Positions 8,942 to 17,018 are shown, numbered from the stretch's first letter. The stretch: 64,000 nucleotides of DNA from Syntrophobacterales bacterium (GCA_020060385.1 JAGVAH010000043.1:24860-88859), one strand, 5' to 3'. The notes: generated by a model from the letters alone, not told the origin. Translations and numbers: made by a program.

Positions 8942-8943
8942 AT
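8936..8943 (+). promoter_or_regulatory. possible extended -10 promoter (TGTATAAT) formed at the right end of the RepC element
   Basis: TGnTATAAT-type match located 18 nt upstream of the cbiB ATG, with an AGGAG Shine-Dalgarno between them. No good -35 element. Confidence 0.3.
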
Positions 8944-8960
8944 CTTGACAGGAGCACTTC

Positions 8961-9929
8961 ATGGGCCTGGCCCTTCCATTTCTAATGGGTTACCTTCTGG
9001 ATCTCCTGCTGGGGGACCCGCCCCAATGGCCCCACCCCATCCGCCTTTTGGGCCGGGTCATCGAGTATTGGGAAGGGATCTGCTACCAGCCCCGGGTGGC
9101 CGCAGGCCTCCTCTTCTGGTTGGGGGTGATGGGCACCACTTTCATCGGCGCCCTGGGGGTGCTGGGCGCGGTGATGCTCCTCCCCTATTTGGCCGGAGCC
9201 GCACTCCTGGTCTACTTTCTTTATACCGGTCTGGCGACCCGCAGCCTGCATTACGAAAGCCGCAGAGTGGAGGAGGCTCTGGCCCGGGGGAGCCTGGCCG
9301 AAGCCCAGGCCCGCTTGGCCATGGTGGTGGGCCGGGAAACCACGGAATTAGGCCCGGAGGAGATCAGGCGGGCAGTCATCGAAACCGTGGCGGAAAACCT
9401 GGCGGACGGGGTGGCGGCCCCCATGTTCTTCACCCTCTTGCTGGGGCTGCCCGGGCTTTTCCTGTATAAGGCCGCCAATACCATGGACAGTATGGTGGGT
9501 TATAAAACCTACCGCTACGCCCAATTCGGCAAGGTGGCGGCCCGGGCTGACGACGTCCTCAACTTCCTGCCGGCCCGTCTGACTGCGCTCCTCATGGTGC
9601 TGGCCGCGGCCGTGGCGGGCCTGGACTATCGGGGGGCCTGGCGCATTCTGCGCCGGGACGCCCGCAACGCGGCCAGCCCCAACGCCGGCTGGCCCGAAGC
9701 CGCCATGGCCGGGGCCCTGGGGGTGCGCCTCGGGGGGCCCAGCACCTACTTCGGCCAGGTAGTGGAAAAACCCTACATCGGCGACCCCCAGCGCCCCCTG
9801 AAGGCCTACCATTACCCCCAGGCCATCCGCATCCTGTACGCCACCTCCCTGATCATGGCCGGCCTGACTTTTTTGGTCCTCTACCTGAGCCGGGCCGGGG
9901 CGTGGGGGGTGCTGGGAGTGCTGGTATAA
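8961..9929 (+). CDS. cbiB: adenosylcobinamide-phosphate synthase CbiB
   Basis: 322-aa membrane protein. The N-terminal LLGDPPQWPHPIRLLG motif is typical of CbiB (CobD family). Confidence 0.85.
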   Translation: MGLALPFLMGYLLDLLLGDPPQWPHPIRLLGRVIEYWEGICYQPRVAAGLLFWLGVMGTTFIGALGVLGAVMLLPYLAGAALLVYFLYTGLATRSLHYESRRVEEALARGSLAEAQARLAMVVGRETTELGPEEIRRAVIETVAENLADGVAAPMFFTLLLGLPGLFLYKAANTMDSMVGYKTYRYAQFGKVAARADDVLNFLPARLTALLMVLAAAVAGLDYRGAWRILRRDARNAASPNAGWPEAAMAGALGVRLGGPSTYFGQVVEKPYIGDPQRPLKAYHYPQAIRILYATSLIMAGLTFLVLYLSRAGAWGVLGVLV

Positions 9930-9930
9930 G

Positions 9931-10013
9931 TGAGCAGTAAGCAGTAAGTAGTGAGTAATAAATGAAACAGCAATCCCCTTGGTTTTTTCTGATCACTGAC
10001 CACTGACCACTGT
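9931..10013 (+). repeat. heptanucleotide arrays: (GTRAGYA)x4 at 9931-9958 and (TGAYCAC)x3 at 9991-10011
   Basis: Read directly. CCACTGACCACTG (10001-10013) is the perfect reverse complement of CAGTGGTCAGTGG (8779-8791). Confidence 0.9.
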
Positions 10014-10021
10014 CTTTCCCC

Positions 10022-10558
10022 CTACCACTCGATGCCCCGGCGGGACTTTACTCCCGCCTGGTAGTAATGCTTGACGGGGCGCATTTCCGTGACCAGGTCC
10101 GCCAGGGCCACCAATTCCGGGGGGGCCTGGCGGCCGGTGAGGACCACTTCCACATAGGGGGGGCGCTGGCGCAGGGCCTCCAACGCCTCTTCCAGGGGAA
10201 TGAGGTTGAAGGTCAGGGCCAGGTTGATTTCGTCCAGAATCACCAGGTCATGCTCCCCGGCGGTGATGACCTGCCGGGCCAGGTCCCAGGCCTCCTTAAT
10301 CCGGGCCAGGTCCTCCGGGTCCGGAGCGCGCAGATTAACCAGGCCGGGGCGGCCGAAGTAGCGCAAAGTCATGTCCGGGGAGAGGCGGGCAGCGGCCAGG
10401 GATTCCCCGGTTTTCCGGCCCTTCATAAACTGCACCATATACACCTTAAAGCCCTGCCCCACCGCCCGCAAGGCCAACCCCAGGGCGCAGGTGGTCTTGC
10501 CCTTGCCGTCCCCGGTGTAAACCTGGACCAAACCCCTGGATAACCGTTTTCTGGACAT
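10022..10558 (-). CDS. cobO: cob(I)yrinic acid a,c-diamide adenosyltransferase (CobO/BtuR/CobA type)
   Basis: 178 aa. Contains VQVYTGDGKGKTTCALGLALRA (P-loop) and MVQFMKG. Confidence 0.85.
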   Translation of the reverse strand: MSRKRLSRGLVQVYTGDGKGKTTCALGLALRAVGQGFKVYMVQFMKGRKTGESLAAARLSPDMTLRYFGRPGLVNLRAPDPEDLARIKEAWDLARQVITAGEHDLVILDEINLALTFNLIPLEEALEALRQRPPYVEVVLTGRQAPPELVALADLVTEMRPVKHYYQAGVKSRRGIEW

Positions 10559-10772
10559 AACCTTCCCCTATCTCAAGATGCTTGGGAGTTTCCGGATTGA
10601 GCCTGCCTGCCCCTAAAGGGAGATGCGGGCCAGGGACCATTGGGTCCAGCCCCCCCACTTTTGTTTAAGTGCATCATAGCCATTGCCTGAAGCCGGTTAA
10701 ATGCTTAAATTTATCCCATGCATGGCCGATTGATAGCCCCAGGACAAATCAGCTATTGGGAGGATACACCAC

Positions 10773-11099
10773 ATGGCAGAGAAAAGTTATCCACCATGGT
10801 ACAATTTTCTGAAGACCAAGCACGGGCCTTTCTTCGAGGCCCTGGAACGGCTGGGGGAGGTGGTGAAAACCACCGGGCCCCTGGACGAAAAGACCTCCCA
10901 ACTGATCCAGCTGGCCGCGGCCGCGGCCAGTCGTTCGGAAGGGTCGGTGCATAGCCATGCGCGCCGGGCTATGGAGGCCGGGGCCAAGCCCGAGGAAATT
11001 ATTCACGCCCTGCTCCTGCTCACCAGCACCATCGGCTTCCCCAATACTTCGGCGGCGCTGAGCTGGGTGCACGATGTCCTCGGCAAAAAAAAGACGTGA
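10773..11099 (+). CDS. carboxymuconolactone decarboxylase (AhpD-like) family protein
   Basis: 108 aa. The segment KTSQLIQLAAAAASRSEGSVHSHARRAMEAGAKPEEIIHAL matches the CMD-domain helix pattern. Confidence 0.65.
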   Translation: MAEKSYPPWYNFLKTKHGPFFEALERLGEVVKTTGPLDEKTSQLIQLAAAAASRSEGSVHSHARRAMEAGAKPEEIIHALLLLTSTIGFPNTSAALSWVHDVLGKKKT

Positions 11100-11465
11100 A
11101 CCCCTTTTGAGAGAAAGCCAGGTTAATTTATCTAGCCTACCTTACCAAAGTCTTGATCGTTTTCATCCCCCGCGGTTGATGGAAGGGAGTGAAATTGCTG
11201 GGGCGGGGCGGGCCGCAGTGCCCGCCCTCCCTGGGGGCCGGGACCACCGCCAAACCCCCTCCCCTCCAGCAGGGGAGAACCATGGGGATCATTATGGGGG
11301 AAAGTGCTCCCGGGAGGGAATACTTGGGGCCACAGCGCCTTAAACCTTCCCCCCAAAACCCTCTTCCTGCCCACCAACGTATCATATTCAAGGCGACCAA
11401 GGCCACCAAGGGAACAGGCCGGTTCTCCCGTGGTCCTGGAACAATCCCAAACTGCTATCTACCCG

Positions 11466-11487
11466 CGCAAGCGCCGGGGCGTTTTTT
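11466..11487 (+). terminator. weak intrinsic-terminator-like element (short GC stem followed by a T6 run)
   Basis: Sequence cgcaaGCGCCggGGCGTTTTTT. The stem is only about 4-6 bp. Confidence 0.3.
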
Positions 11488-11801
11488 GAGGTTTATTATC
11501 AATTAGGCAATAATATTTAATAAATAATCAATCTGATATGGCTACCACTCAATCTATTTAGAAGGAAAATGAATTAACAGTAGTAATACCCCACCGGCGA
11601 AAAACTCCTTGGACTCGGGAGCAAATCCCCTCGTGATGGTAAAAGGATTAATGTAAAGATTTCCTCAAACCGATAAACAAGAAAACTCGGCCCCAACAAC
11701 CATAAAGAATGCCAAATTTGGGTGATAACAGTCATAGCAGGTGATGGCTGATCAAAAATATAGCGTTTTTCCGTAAACTTACACATTTAAAGGAGCAAGG
11801 C

Positions 11802-12266
11802 ATGATGAAAAAGGCAATGGTGCTGGCGTTTATCGGTCTGTTTTTAATCCTGGGTTACTGTATCAGTTTTGCAGGTGAAGCGGGAACCAAAGATGAAGCC
11901 GTGGCCATGGTGAAAAAGGCCATCGACTACATCAAGGCCAACGGCAACGACAAGGCGTTTGCCGAATTTAGCAACCCCAAGGGCCAATTCGTGGACCGGG
12001 ACCTGTACATAGTCGTTTACGATATGAACATGAAGTGCTTGGCCCACGGCCAGAAGAAAAGCATGGTGGGCAAGGAACTGATGGATTTCAAGGACGTGGA
12101 CGGCAAGGAGTACATGAAAGAGCGGGCTGCCCTGATGAAGGCCAACAAGACTGCCTGGCAGGAGTACAAGTTCATGAACCCGGTCTCCAAAAAGATCGAG
12201 CCCAAAGAGATGTACCTGGAGCGGGTTGGGGATCTCGTCATCGGCTGCGGGGTCTATAAAAAGTAA
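11802..12266 (+). CDS. secreted single-Cache-like domain protein
   Basis: 154 aa with a signal peptide (MMKKAMVLAFIGLFLILG...FA). The mature part resembles small periplasmic Cache-type sensor modules (DYIKANGNDKAFAEFSNPKGQF..DLYIVVYD). Confidence 0.55.
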   Translation: MMKKAMVLAFIGLFLILGYCISFAGEAGTKDEAVAMVKKAIDYIKANGNDKAFAEFSNPKGQFVDRDLYIVVYDMNMKCLAHGQKKSMVGKELMDFKDVDGKEYMKERAALMKANKTAWQEYKFMNPVSKKIEPKEMYLERVGDLVIGCGVYKK

Positions 12267-12282
12267 GTCGCTAACCTAAGTG

Positions 12283-12308
12283 GGGGCGGCCTGGAAAAAG
12301 GCCGCCCC
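12283..12308 (+). promoter_or_regulatory. intercistronic stem-loop (GGGGCGGCC-tggaaaaa-GGCCGCCCC)
   Basis: Perfect 9-bp GC stem between the Cache gene stop and the MCP start. There is no U-tract. Confidence 0.5.
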
Positions 12309-12328
12309 GATATTGAGGTCCGAGGTCT

Positions 12329-14299
12329 ATGAAATCCATGAAGTTAAGCTCCAAAATCCTTGGCGGTTTCAGCATCGTGCTCATTCTGGCCCTGATATTG
12401 ACCGGGATTTCTTTGTACATTATGAAGACCCTGGCCAAGGAAGCCCAGGTCCTGTCCAACGAGTATATGCCCCAAACCCGGATCGCCAGCGATGTGGAGC
12501 GCTATGTTCTGAAAGCAATTTCAGAAATGCAGGCCTATCAATTTTCCTATGAAAACTCTTACTTAGTCGAATCCAGAAAGCAGCTTGGTCTGGCGCAAAA
12601 ACACCTCCAGGAAGCCGGGGAGTTGACCGCCAAGTATCCCAATTTGCACACGCTTAAAGAGAATGCTGCCAAGGCCGGGGCTAAGATTAAAGAATATGAA
12701 TCCTTGATCAACGAGACCGAAAAAGTGGCCAAAGCCATCCAGGTGATCCGCAAGAACCTGGAGGCCGCGGCTCAGGATTTCCTGAAGACCTGCCAGGAAT
12801 TTCTGGAAGAGCAAAACGGCAAGTTGAATGATCAAATCAAAGCTGGGGCCCCTATCCAGGAGCTGGAAGATCGTTTGGGGAAGATCCGGAGCATGGACAA
12901 CGTGTCGGAACTGGGCTACGCCATCCAGCTGGAAACCATTAAAGGCCAGTTGCTCCGGGACCAGAAGATCATTGGGGAGGCAGCCAAGACCTTTCAAGAA
13001 GTGGAAAATGAGTTGTCCGCCATTCAAAAGAAGACCACCGAGGACGCCACTATTTCCCAGTTGGAAGACATCAGGATCGCAGGCTCTTCCTATAAAACCA
13101 ATATGCATAAACTGTTAACCAGCTTTCAGACTTTGACCAATCTGGAGCAAAAGCGGGCCCTGGCGGGAAATGAAGCTTTGGAAACGGCCAAGGTCGCAGC
13201 TAATGCCGGTATCGGCGAAACCATGAAGAGCGCCACCAATGTTGACCAGGTGTTGACCAACTCCGCCAGGATGCTGATAATCGGGGGGATAATCGGGGTC
13301 CTGGTCTGCCTCCTGATCAGCGTCTTGATTACCAAGGGCATTACCAAACCCATCAATGCCTTTATTAATCGACTTTCTGGAGTCTCCGAACAGGTTGCCT
13401 CCTCTTCCGGACAGGTAATGTCCGCCAGTGAGTTGCTGGCCACCGGCTCCTCTGAGCAAGCCGCTTCCCTGCAAGAGACTTCGTCATCCCTGGAAGAGAT
13501 GGCGGCGATGACCAGGCAGAACGCGGAAAATGCTTTTCAGGCCAATTCGCTGATGAACGAGACCAAAGGGGTGGTGGAACTGGCCGCCAAATCCATGGGT
13601 GAATTAACCGCGTCCATGAAGGACATCTCGGCTGCCAGTGATGAAACCGCGAAGATCATTAAGACCATCGATGAAATTGCCTTTCAGACCAACTTGCTGG
13701 CTTTGAACGCGGCGGTGGAAGCGGCCAGGGCTGGAGAGGCCGGGGCCGGTTTTGCCGTGGTGGCCGATGAAGTAAGAAACCTGGCCATGCGGGCCGCCGA
13801 GGCTGCCAGGAATACGGCCGCTTTAATTGACGACACGGTGGCCAAGATCAAATCGGGTTCGATCCTGGTGGAAAAAACCGGGGAGGCCTTCTCCCAGGTA
13901 GACACCGGCACCGCCAAGGTCAAAGAACTGGTGGCCGAAATTGCCGCGGCCTCGAACGAGCAGGCCCAGGGGGTGGACCAGATCAATCAGGCCGCCAATG
14001 AAATGAACCGGGTGCTGCAGGAGGTGGCGGCCAGCGCCGAGGAAAGCGCCAGCGCCTCCCACGAGCTGACCGCCCAGTCTAAACATATGAAGGAAATGAT
14101 GGTGGAATTGTTAGCCCTGGTGGGAGGCAGCATCACCGGGGCCCACAATGGCTTGGATGCCAAAGGGCTCAGGCAGTCGCTCCAGGAGAGGCTGGCTGCC
14201 TGGAAGGTGACAGGCAGAGAGACCGGCGCCAAACAGGATCGTCTCACCCACCAAGGGGAGCAGGAAGAGGTCGGCCCGGACCGTCTCCTGCCCAGGTAA
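12329..14299 (+). CDS. methyl-accepting chemotaxis protein
   Basis: 656 aa. It has an N-terminal TM segment, a helical periplasmic domain, a second TM segment and a HAMP domain. The signalling hairpin has the canonical NLLALNAAVEAARAGEAGAGFAVVADEVRNLA motif. Confidence 0.9.
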   Translation: MKSMKLSSKILGGFSIVLILALILTGISLYIMKTLAKEAQVLSNEYMPQTRIASDVERYVLKAISEMQAYQFSYENSYLVESRKQLGLAQKHLQEAGELTAKYPNLHTLKENAAKAGAKIKEYESLINETEKVAKAIQVIRKNLEAAAQDFLKTCQEFLEEQNGKLNDQIKAGAPIQELEDRLGKIRSMDNVSELGYAIQLETIKGQLLRDQKIIGEAAKTFQEVENELSAIQKKTTEDATISQLEDIRIAGSSYKTNMHKLLTSFQTLTNLEQKRALAGNEALETAKVAANAGIGETMKSATNVDQVLTNSARMLIIGGIIGVLVCLLISVLITKGITKPINAFINRLSGVSEQVASSSGQVMSASELLATGSSEQAASLQETSSSLEEMAAMTRQNAENAFQANSLMNETKGVVELAAKSMGELTASMKDISAASDETAKIIKTIDEIAFQTNLLALNAAVEAARAGEAGAGFAVVADEVRNLAMRAAEAARNTAALIDDTVAKIKSGSILVEKTGEAFSQVDTGTAKVKELVAEIAAASNEQAQGVDQINQAANEMNRVLQEVAASAEESASASHELTAQSKHMKEMMVELLALVGGSITGAHNGLDAKGLRQSLQERLAAWKVTGRETGAKQDRLTHQGEQEEVGPDRLLPR

Positions 14300-14387
14300 G
14301 AAATCTGGGGAAGGAGCAGGGCTGCCCCAGGTGAGACGCCGGGGTCCCTGCCTCCTCCCCCGCTGCCCTCCTCGTCTCTTTCCCTCT

Positions 14388-14903
14388 TTATTCCTGTTCA
14401 TGTCCTGAGAAGAGAAAATTTTGGATAAACCGGCCCAGTTCCGCCACCTGGTGGGGGGCAAAGACCGGCAGCCGGGACTCCCAGGGGTCTGTGCTCACCA
14501 GGGCGATAACCTGGGAAAAATCCGGGAGGACCTGCTCCAATCGGGAGCCCACCAGGGCGATCTTGGGCAGGGCACTTGATTTATACCCTTCCACCAGGAT
14601 CAGGTCCGCATCCGGGACCCAGGCGGCCAGGACCTGTTCCACGGACGGGTCCTCCGGCAGGCAGCGGGTGATCTGCAGCAGTCCGGGGCCGGCCAGGGCC
14701 AGGTTCTTCGCCCCGGCCCGGCGGTAGCGCCCGGTATCTTTGACCTGATCCCCCAAGTTGGGCTTGTGGCTGTGCTTCAAAACGGCCGCTTCCAGTCCCT
14801 GGGACTGGAACCACCCCAACAGGCGGCAGATGAGTTCGGTCTTGCCGCTATTGGAGGGGCCGACAATGGCCACGGCTTTAGGAGGATTAGCCTGCCGGTT
14901 CAT
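14388..14903 (-). CDS. mobB: molybdopterin-guanine dinucleotide biosynthesis adapter protein MobB
   Basis: 171 aa. VAIVGPSNSGKTELICRLL P-loop followed by LKHSHK, with MobB-like size. Confidence 0.8.
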   Translation of the reverse strand: MNRQANPPKAVAIVGPSNSGKTELICRLLGWFQSQGLEAAVLKHSHKPNLGDQVKDTGRYRRAGAKNLALAGPGLLQITRCLPEDPSVEQVLAAWVPDADLILVEGYKSSALPKIALVGSRLEQVLPDFSQVIALVSTDPWESRLPVFAPHQVAELGRFIQNFLFSGHEQE

Positions 14904-14921
14904 AAACTCCGTCCCTTAACG

Positions 14922-15059
14922 CAAAGTTCCAGGTTCAAAGTTCCAAGCCATGAATATGGCCGCGTTCCACAAGTTAGGAGCAGGCCAAAAGTACGTGGAT
15001 GAATGATATTTATGCATTTATTGTAACCGAAAACCGCAAACTGGAAACCGAAAACAGAC
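14922..15059 (+). repeat. two short heptamer arrays (CAAAGTT CCAGGTT CAAAGTT CCAAGCC at 14922-14949; AACCGAA AACCGCA AACTGGA AACCGAA AACAGAC at 15025-15059)
   Basis: Read directly in the mobB/muramidase spacer. Confidence 0.75.
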
Positions 15060-15734
15060 TCAGACGCGCACCAGTTCCCCGGGGGGGTAGGAGTTCCTGG
15101 CATTCTCCAGCAGTTCCGCCTCCCGGTCCCGGCGGACGTGCAACCCGGGCAACCGGTCAATGTCCCAGAGGCGCTTCATGGACCGGATCTGGGCGGCGAT
15201 GCCCGCCAGATCCCCCGCCGCAACCAGGGGTCTGATGGCCTTCATCTCCCGGCGCCGGGACCCCTCCAGGGCCGGGCCCCGGTTAAAAACCAGGGACAGC
15301 AGCATGGTTTGGGCATCCGCCGGCAGTTCCTGGACGCCGGGAAAGGCCTTCCGGGTCATGCGGGCATAGCGGGGCAGGGTTACGGCATAGAAGACGTCCT
15401 TGGCCTGGTCCAAGGGGATGTGGATATGCCCCAATTGGGGGAGATAGGCCCGGGCCTCCCGGCCTTTCAATCCGGCAGCCTCCAGCATGTCGCCCAGGTC
15501 TGCCTCCGCAATTCGCTCCCCCCAATCACTTTCAATGGTCTCTGCGTCATTGTATCCCAAATCATAGCCGATGCCGATGGTCACCCCGCTGGCGCCCCCG
15601 GGCCAGATGGGGTGGCATAAATGTTTTTCATAGTATTTTTCGGAAATGACCTCAAAGTGCACGATCATTTCCAACCCCCGGCGGGAGACCTCTAAACTGT
15701 AAAGGTTGCCGGTGGCTGTGGGTTTTGGCGTCAT
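15060..15734 (-). CDS. GH24/pesticin-like lysozyme (muramidase) family protein, no signal peptide
   Basis: 224 aa. Contains HFE (candidate catalytic Glu) followed by PIWPGGASGVTIGIGYDLGYN, the pattern of phage-type/pesticin C-terminal lysozyme domains. Confidence 0.6.
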   Translation of the reverse strand: MTPKPTATGNLYSLEVSRRGLEMIVHFEVISEKYYEKHLCHPIWPGGASGVTIGIGYDLGYNDAETIESDWGERIAEADLGDMLEAAGLKGREARAYLPQLGHIHIPLDQAKDVFYAVTLPRYARMTRKAFPGVQELPADAQTMLLSLVFNRGPALEGSRRREMKAIRPLVAAGDLAGIAAQIRSMKRLWDIDRLPGLHVRRDREAELLENARNSYPPGELVRV

Positions 15735-15913
15735 GGGAAACCCTCCGTTTTTTACCCCGGGTTTACTTTTTTCGGAGAGATGAGTTAATTAAAGCCAGTC
15801 AATGACTGGGGATTGATCATCGCCCTGCCTGGCCCCAGGATTTGGGATTATCATTCTGGGGGTTAAGAGGCATGAGGTTGAGATAATTGAGGCGTTGAAG
15901 AAGGAAGCAGCAT

Positions 15914-15952
15914 AAAAAAAAGCCGGGTGGCCCGGCAGCAGGCCACCCCGGC
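15914..15952 (-). terminator. canonical intrinsic terminator on the minus strand
   Basis: Minus strand reads GCCGGGGTGGCC-tgctgccg-GGCCACCCGGC followed by T8. It has an 11-bp GC-rich stem with a single bulged G in the 5' arm. No obvious gene ends here. Confidence 0.6.
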
Positions 15953-16098
15953 TGCTGGCGGTTGGCCGGAAATGCACCGGGGTGTTTTTCTTTCTGGCAT
16001 TTTTTCTTAAAAAAGTCAATAATTTTAAATGCTTATCCAAGAAGGATGTCGCACTAATTTAAGGGCAATCTCCTTGGAGCTTAAAGGGGCAAACCTCC

Positions 16099-16752
16099 AT
16101 GAATATCCTGGGAAGACATCCGGAACCGCCGCCTTGGCTCTATAACCTCCTGGCCCGGGGGCCTCTGGCCCGCCGTATTTACCGGCGGCTGGTGGCCGAC
16201 CTGGCCCCCGGCCTGCCTCCCGGGGCCCGGGTCCTGGATGTGGGGACCGGCCCCGGCTATCTCCTGGGGTATCTGGCCCAGGAGCGCCAGGATGTGCAGC
16301 TTTGGGGCCTGGACCTGGATTACCGGATGGTGCGTCTGGCCCGGAGAAAGAAGCATCCCCCGGGGCCGATCCCGGAGTGGGTGGTGGGGGACGCCCTGGC
16401 CCTGCCTTTTGGGGACGCGGTTTTTGACCGGGTGGTGGCCAGCTTCAGCTTGCATATCTGGCCGGATCCCCAAGGGGGCTTAAAGGAGCTGCGGCGCCTC
16501 CTCAAACCCGGGGGCCGGGCCTGGATCTATGAGATGAAGCGGGAGACCGGCGCCAGGGCCCTCAGGGCCTTCTCCCGGGAGGAGGGGCTCCCCTTTCCCC
16601 TGGTTTATCTAAGCTTTAAATCCGCGAGTTGGGGGCACTCTTTGGGGGCCCGGGACTTGACCGCGGCCTTGGGACAGGCCGGAGAGGGGAATTGGCGGTT
16701 GGATACGGTGCACCACCTCTTCTGGCGGGGGGAGTTGGCAAAGAGAAGTTGA
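16099..16752 (+). CDS. class I SAM-dependent methyltransferase
   Basis: 217 aa. VLDVGTGPGYL (motif I) and ALPFGDAVFDRVVASFSLH. Confidence 0.8.
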   Translation: MNILGRHPEPPPWLYNLLARGPLARRIYRRLVADLAPGLPPGARVLDVGTGPGYLLGYLAQERQDVQLWGLDLDYRMVRLARRKKHPPGPIPEWVVGDALALPFGDAVFDRVVASFSLHIWPDPQGGLKELRRLLKPGGRAWIYEMKRETGARALRAFSREEGLPFPLVYLSFKSASWGHSLGARDLTAALGQAGEGNWRLDTVHHLFWRGELAKRS

Positions 16753-17018
16753 TGGCGGGGGCGGCAGCACAGCCGTCTCACCTGTGGTTCTCCATGGCCG
16801 CCTCTCCCAATAACAGCCATTACTGCCCCTGGGCGGGATACCTGGCAAACCAACCCTTTAGGCGAGGAGTCAGCCGGGTGCGGTTCCAGGGAGACACGAT
16901 CTCGGGGATGGCTTCCCCCCGGGTGGGGTAGGGGTGGATGACCGCTGCCAGGGAGGATTTTTGCCGATCCCTGGGGATGAACCCGGGTGGGACCGCCAAG
17001 ACGCCAAAAGCCTGGCCA

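Noticed and set aside
8774-9469. 231-aa ORF spanning the cobD-cbiB spacer and the 5' half of cbiB
   Set aside because: Its N-terminus is a translation of the heptamer and RepC repeats. The rest is an out-of-frame, Gly/Pro/Arg-rich shadow of cbiB.
10559-10772. Possible cobalamin riboswitch in the 5' region of cobO (minus strand) or of the CMD gene
   Set aside because: I reverse-complemented the region and looked for the B12 box (AGYCMGGAGACCKGCC-like), GCCACTG and GGGAA..GGTG..AA..CC elements. Only vague GC-rich similarity was found, with no convincing core.
11654-11676. Sigma28 (FliA)-type promoter TAAAG...ACCGATAA upstream of the Cache/MCP genes
   Set aside because: The -10-like ACCGATAA is good, but the spacing from TAAA is about 11 nt instead of about 15. 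Not supportable.
13855-13865. tRNA T-arm-like GGGTTCGATCC
   Set aside because: It lies inside the well-supported MCP coding frame. No acceptor or anticodon stems could be built around it.
14720-14731. Best ops match in the window, GGCGGTAGCGcc (10/12)
   Set aside because: It lies antisense within the mobB coding sequence with no polysaccharide operon downstream. I treat it as a chance match in GC-rich DNA, and it is kept as a caution for the ops-like motifs at 17019 and 18034.
14917-14924. ACGCAAAG resembling the c-di-GMP-I (GEMM) riboswitch core
   Set aside because: The flanking GGG/GCC context and the paired helices are missing. The sequence belongs to a heptamer repeat array.
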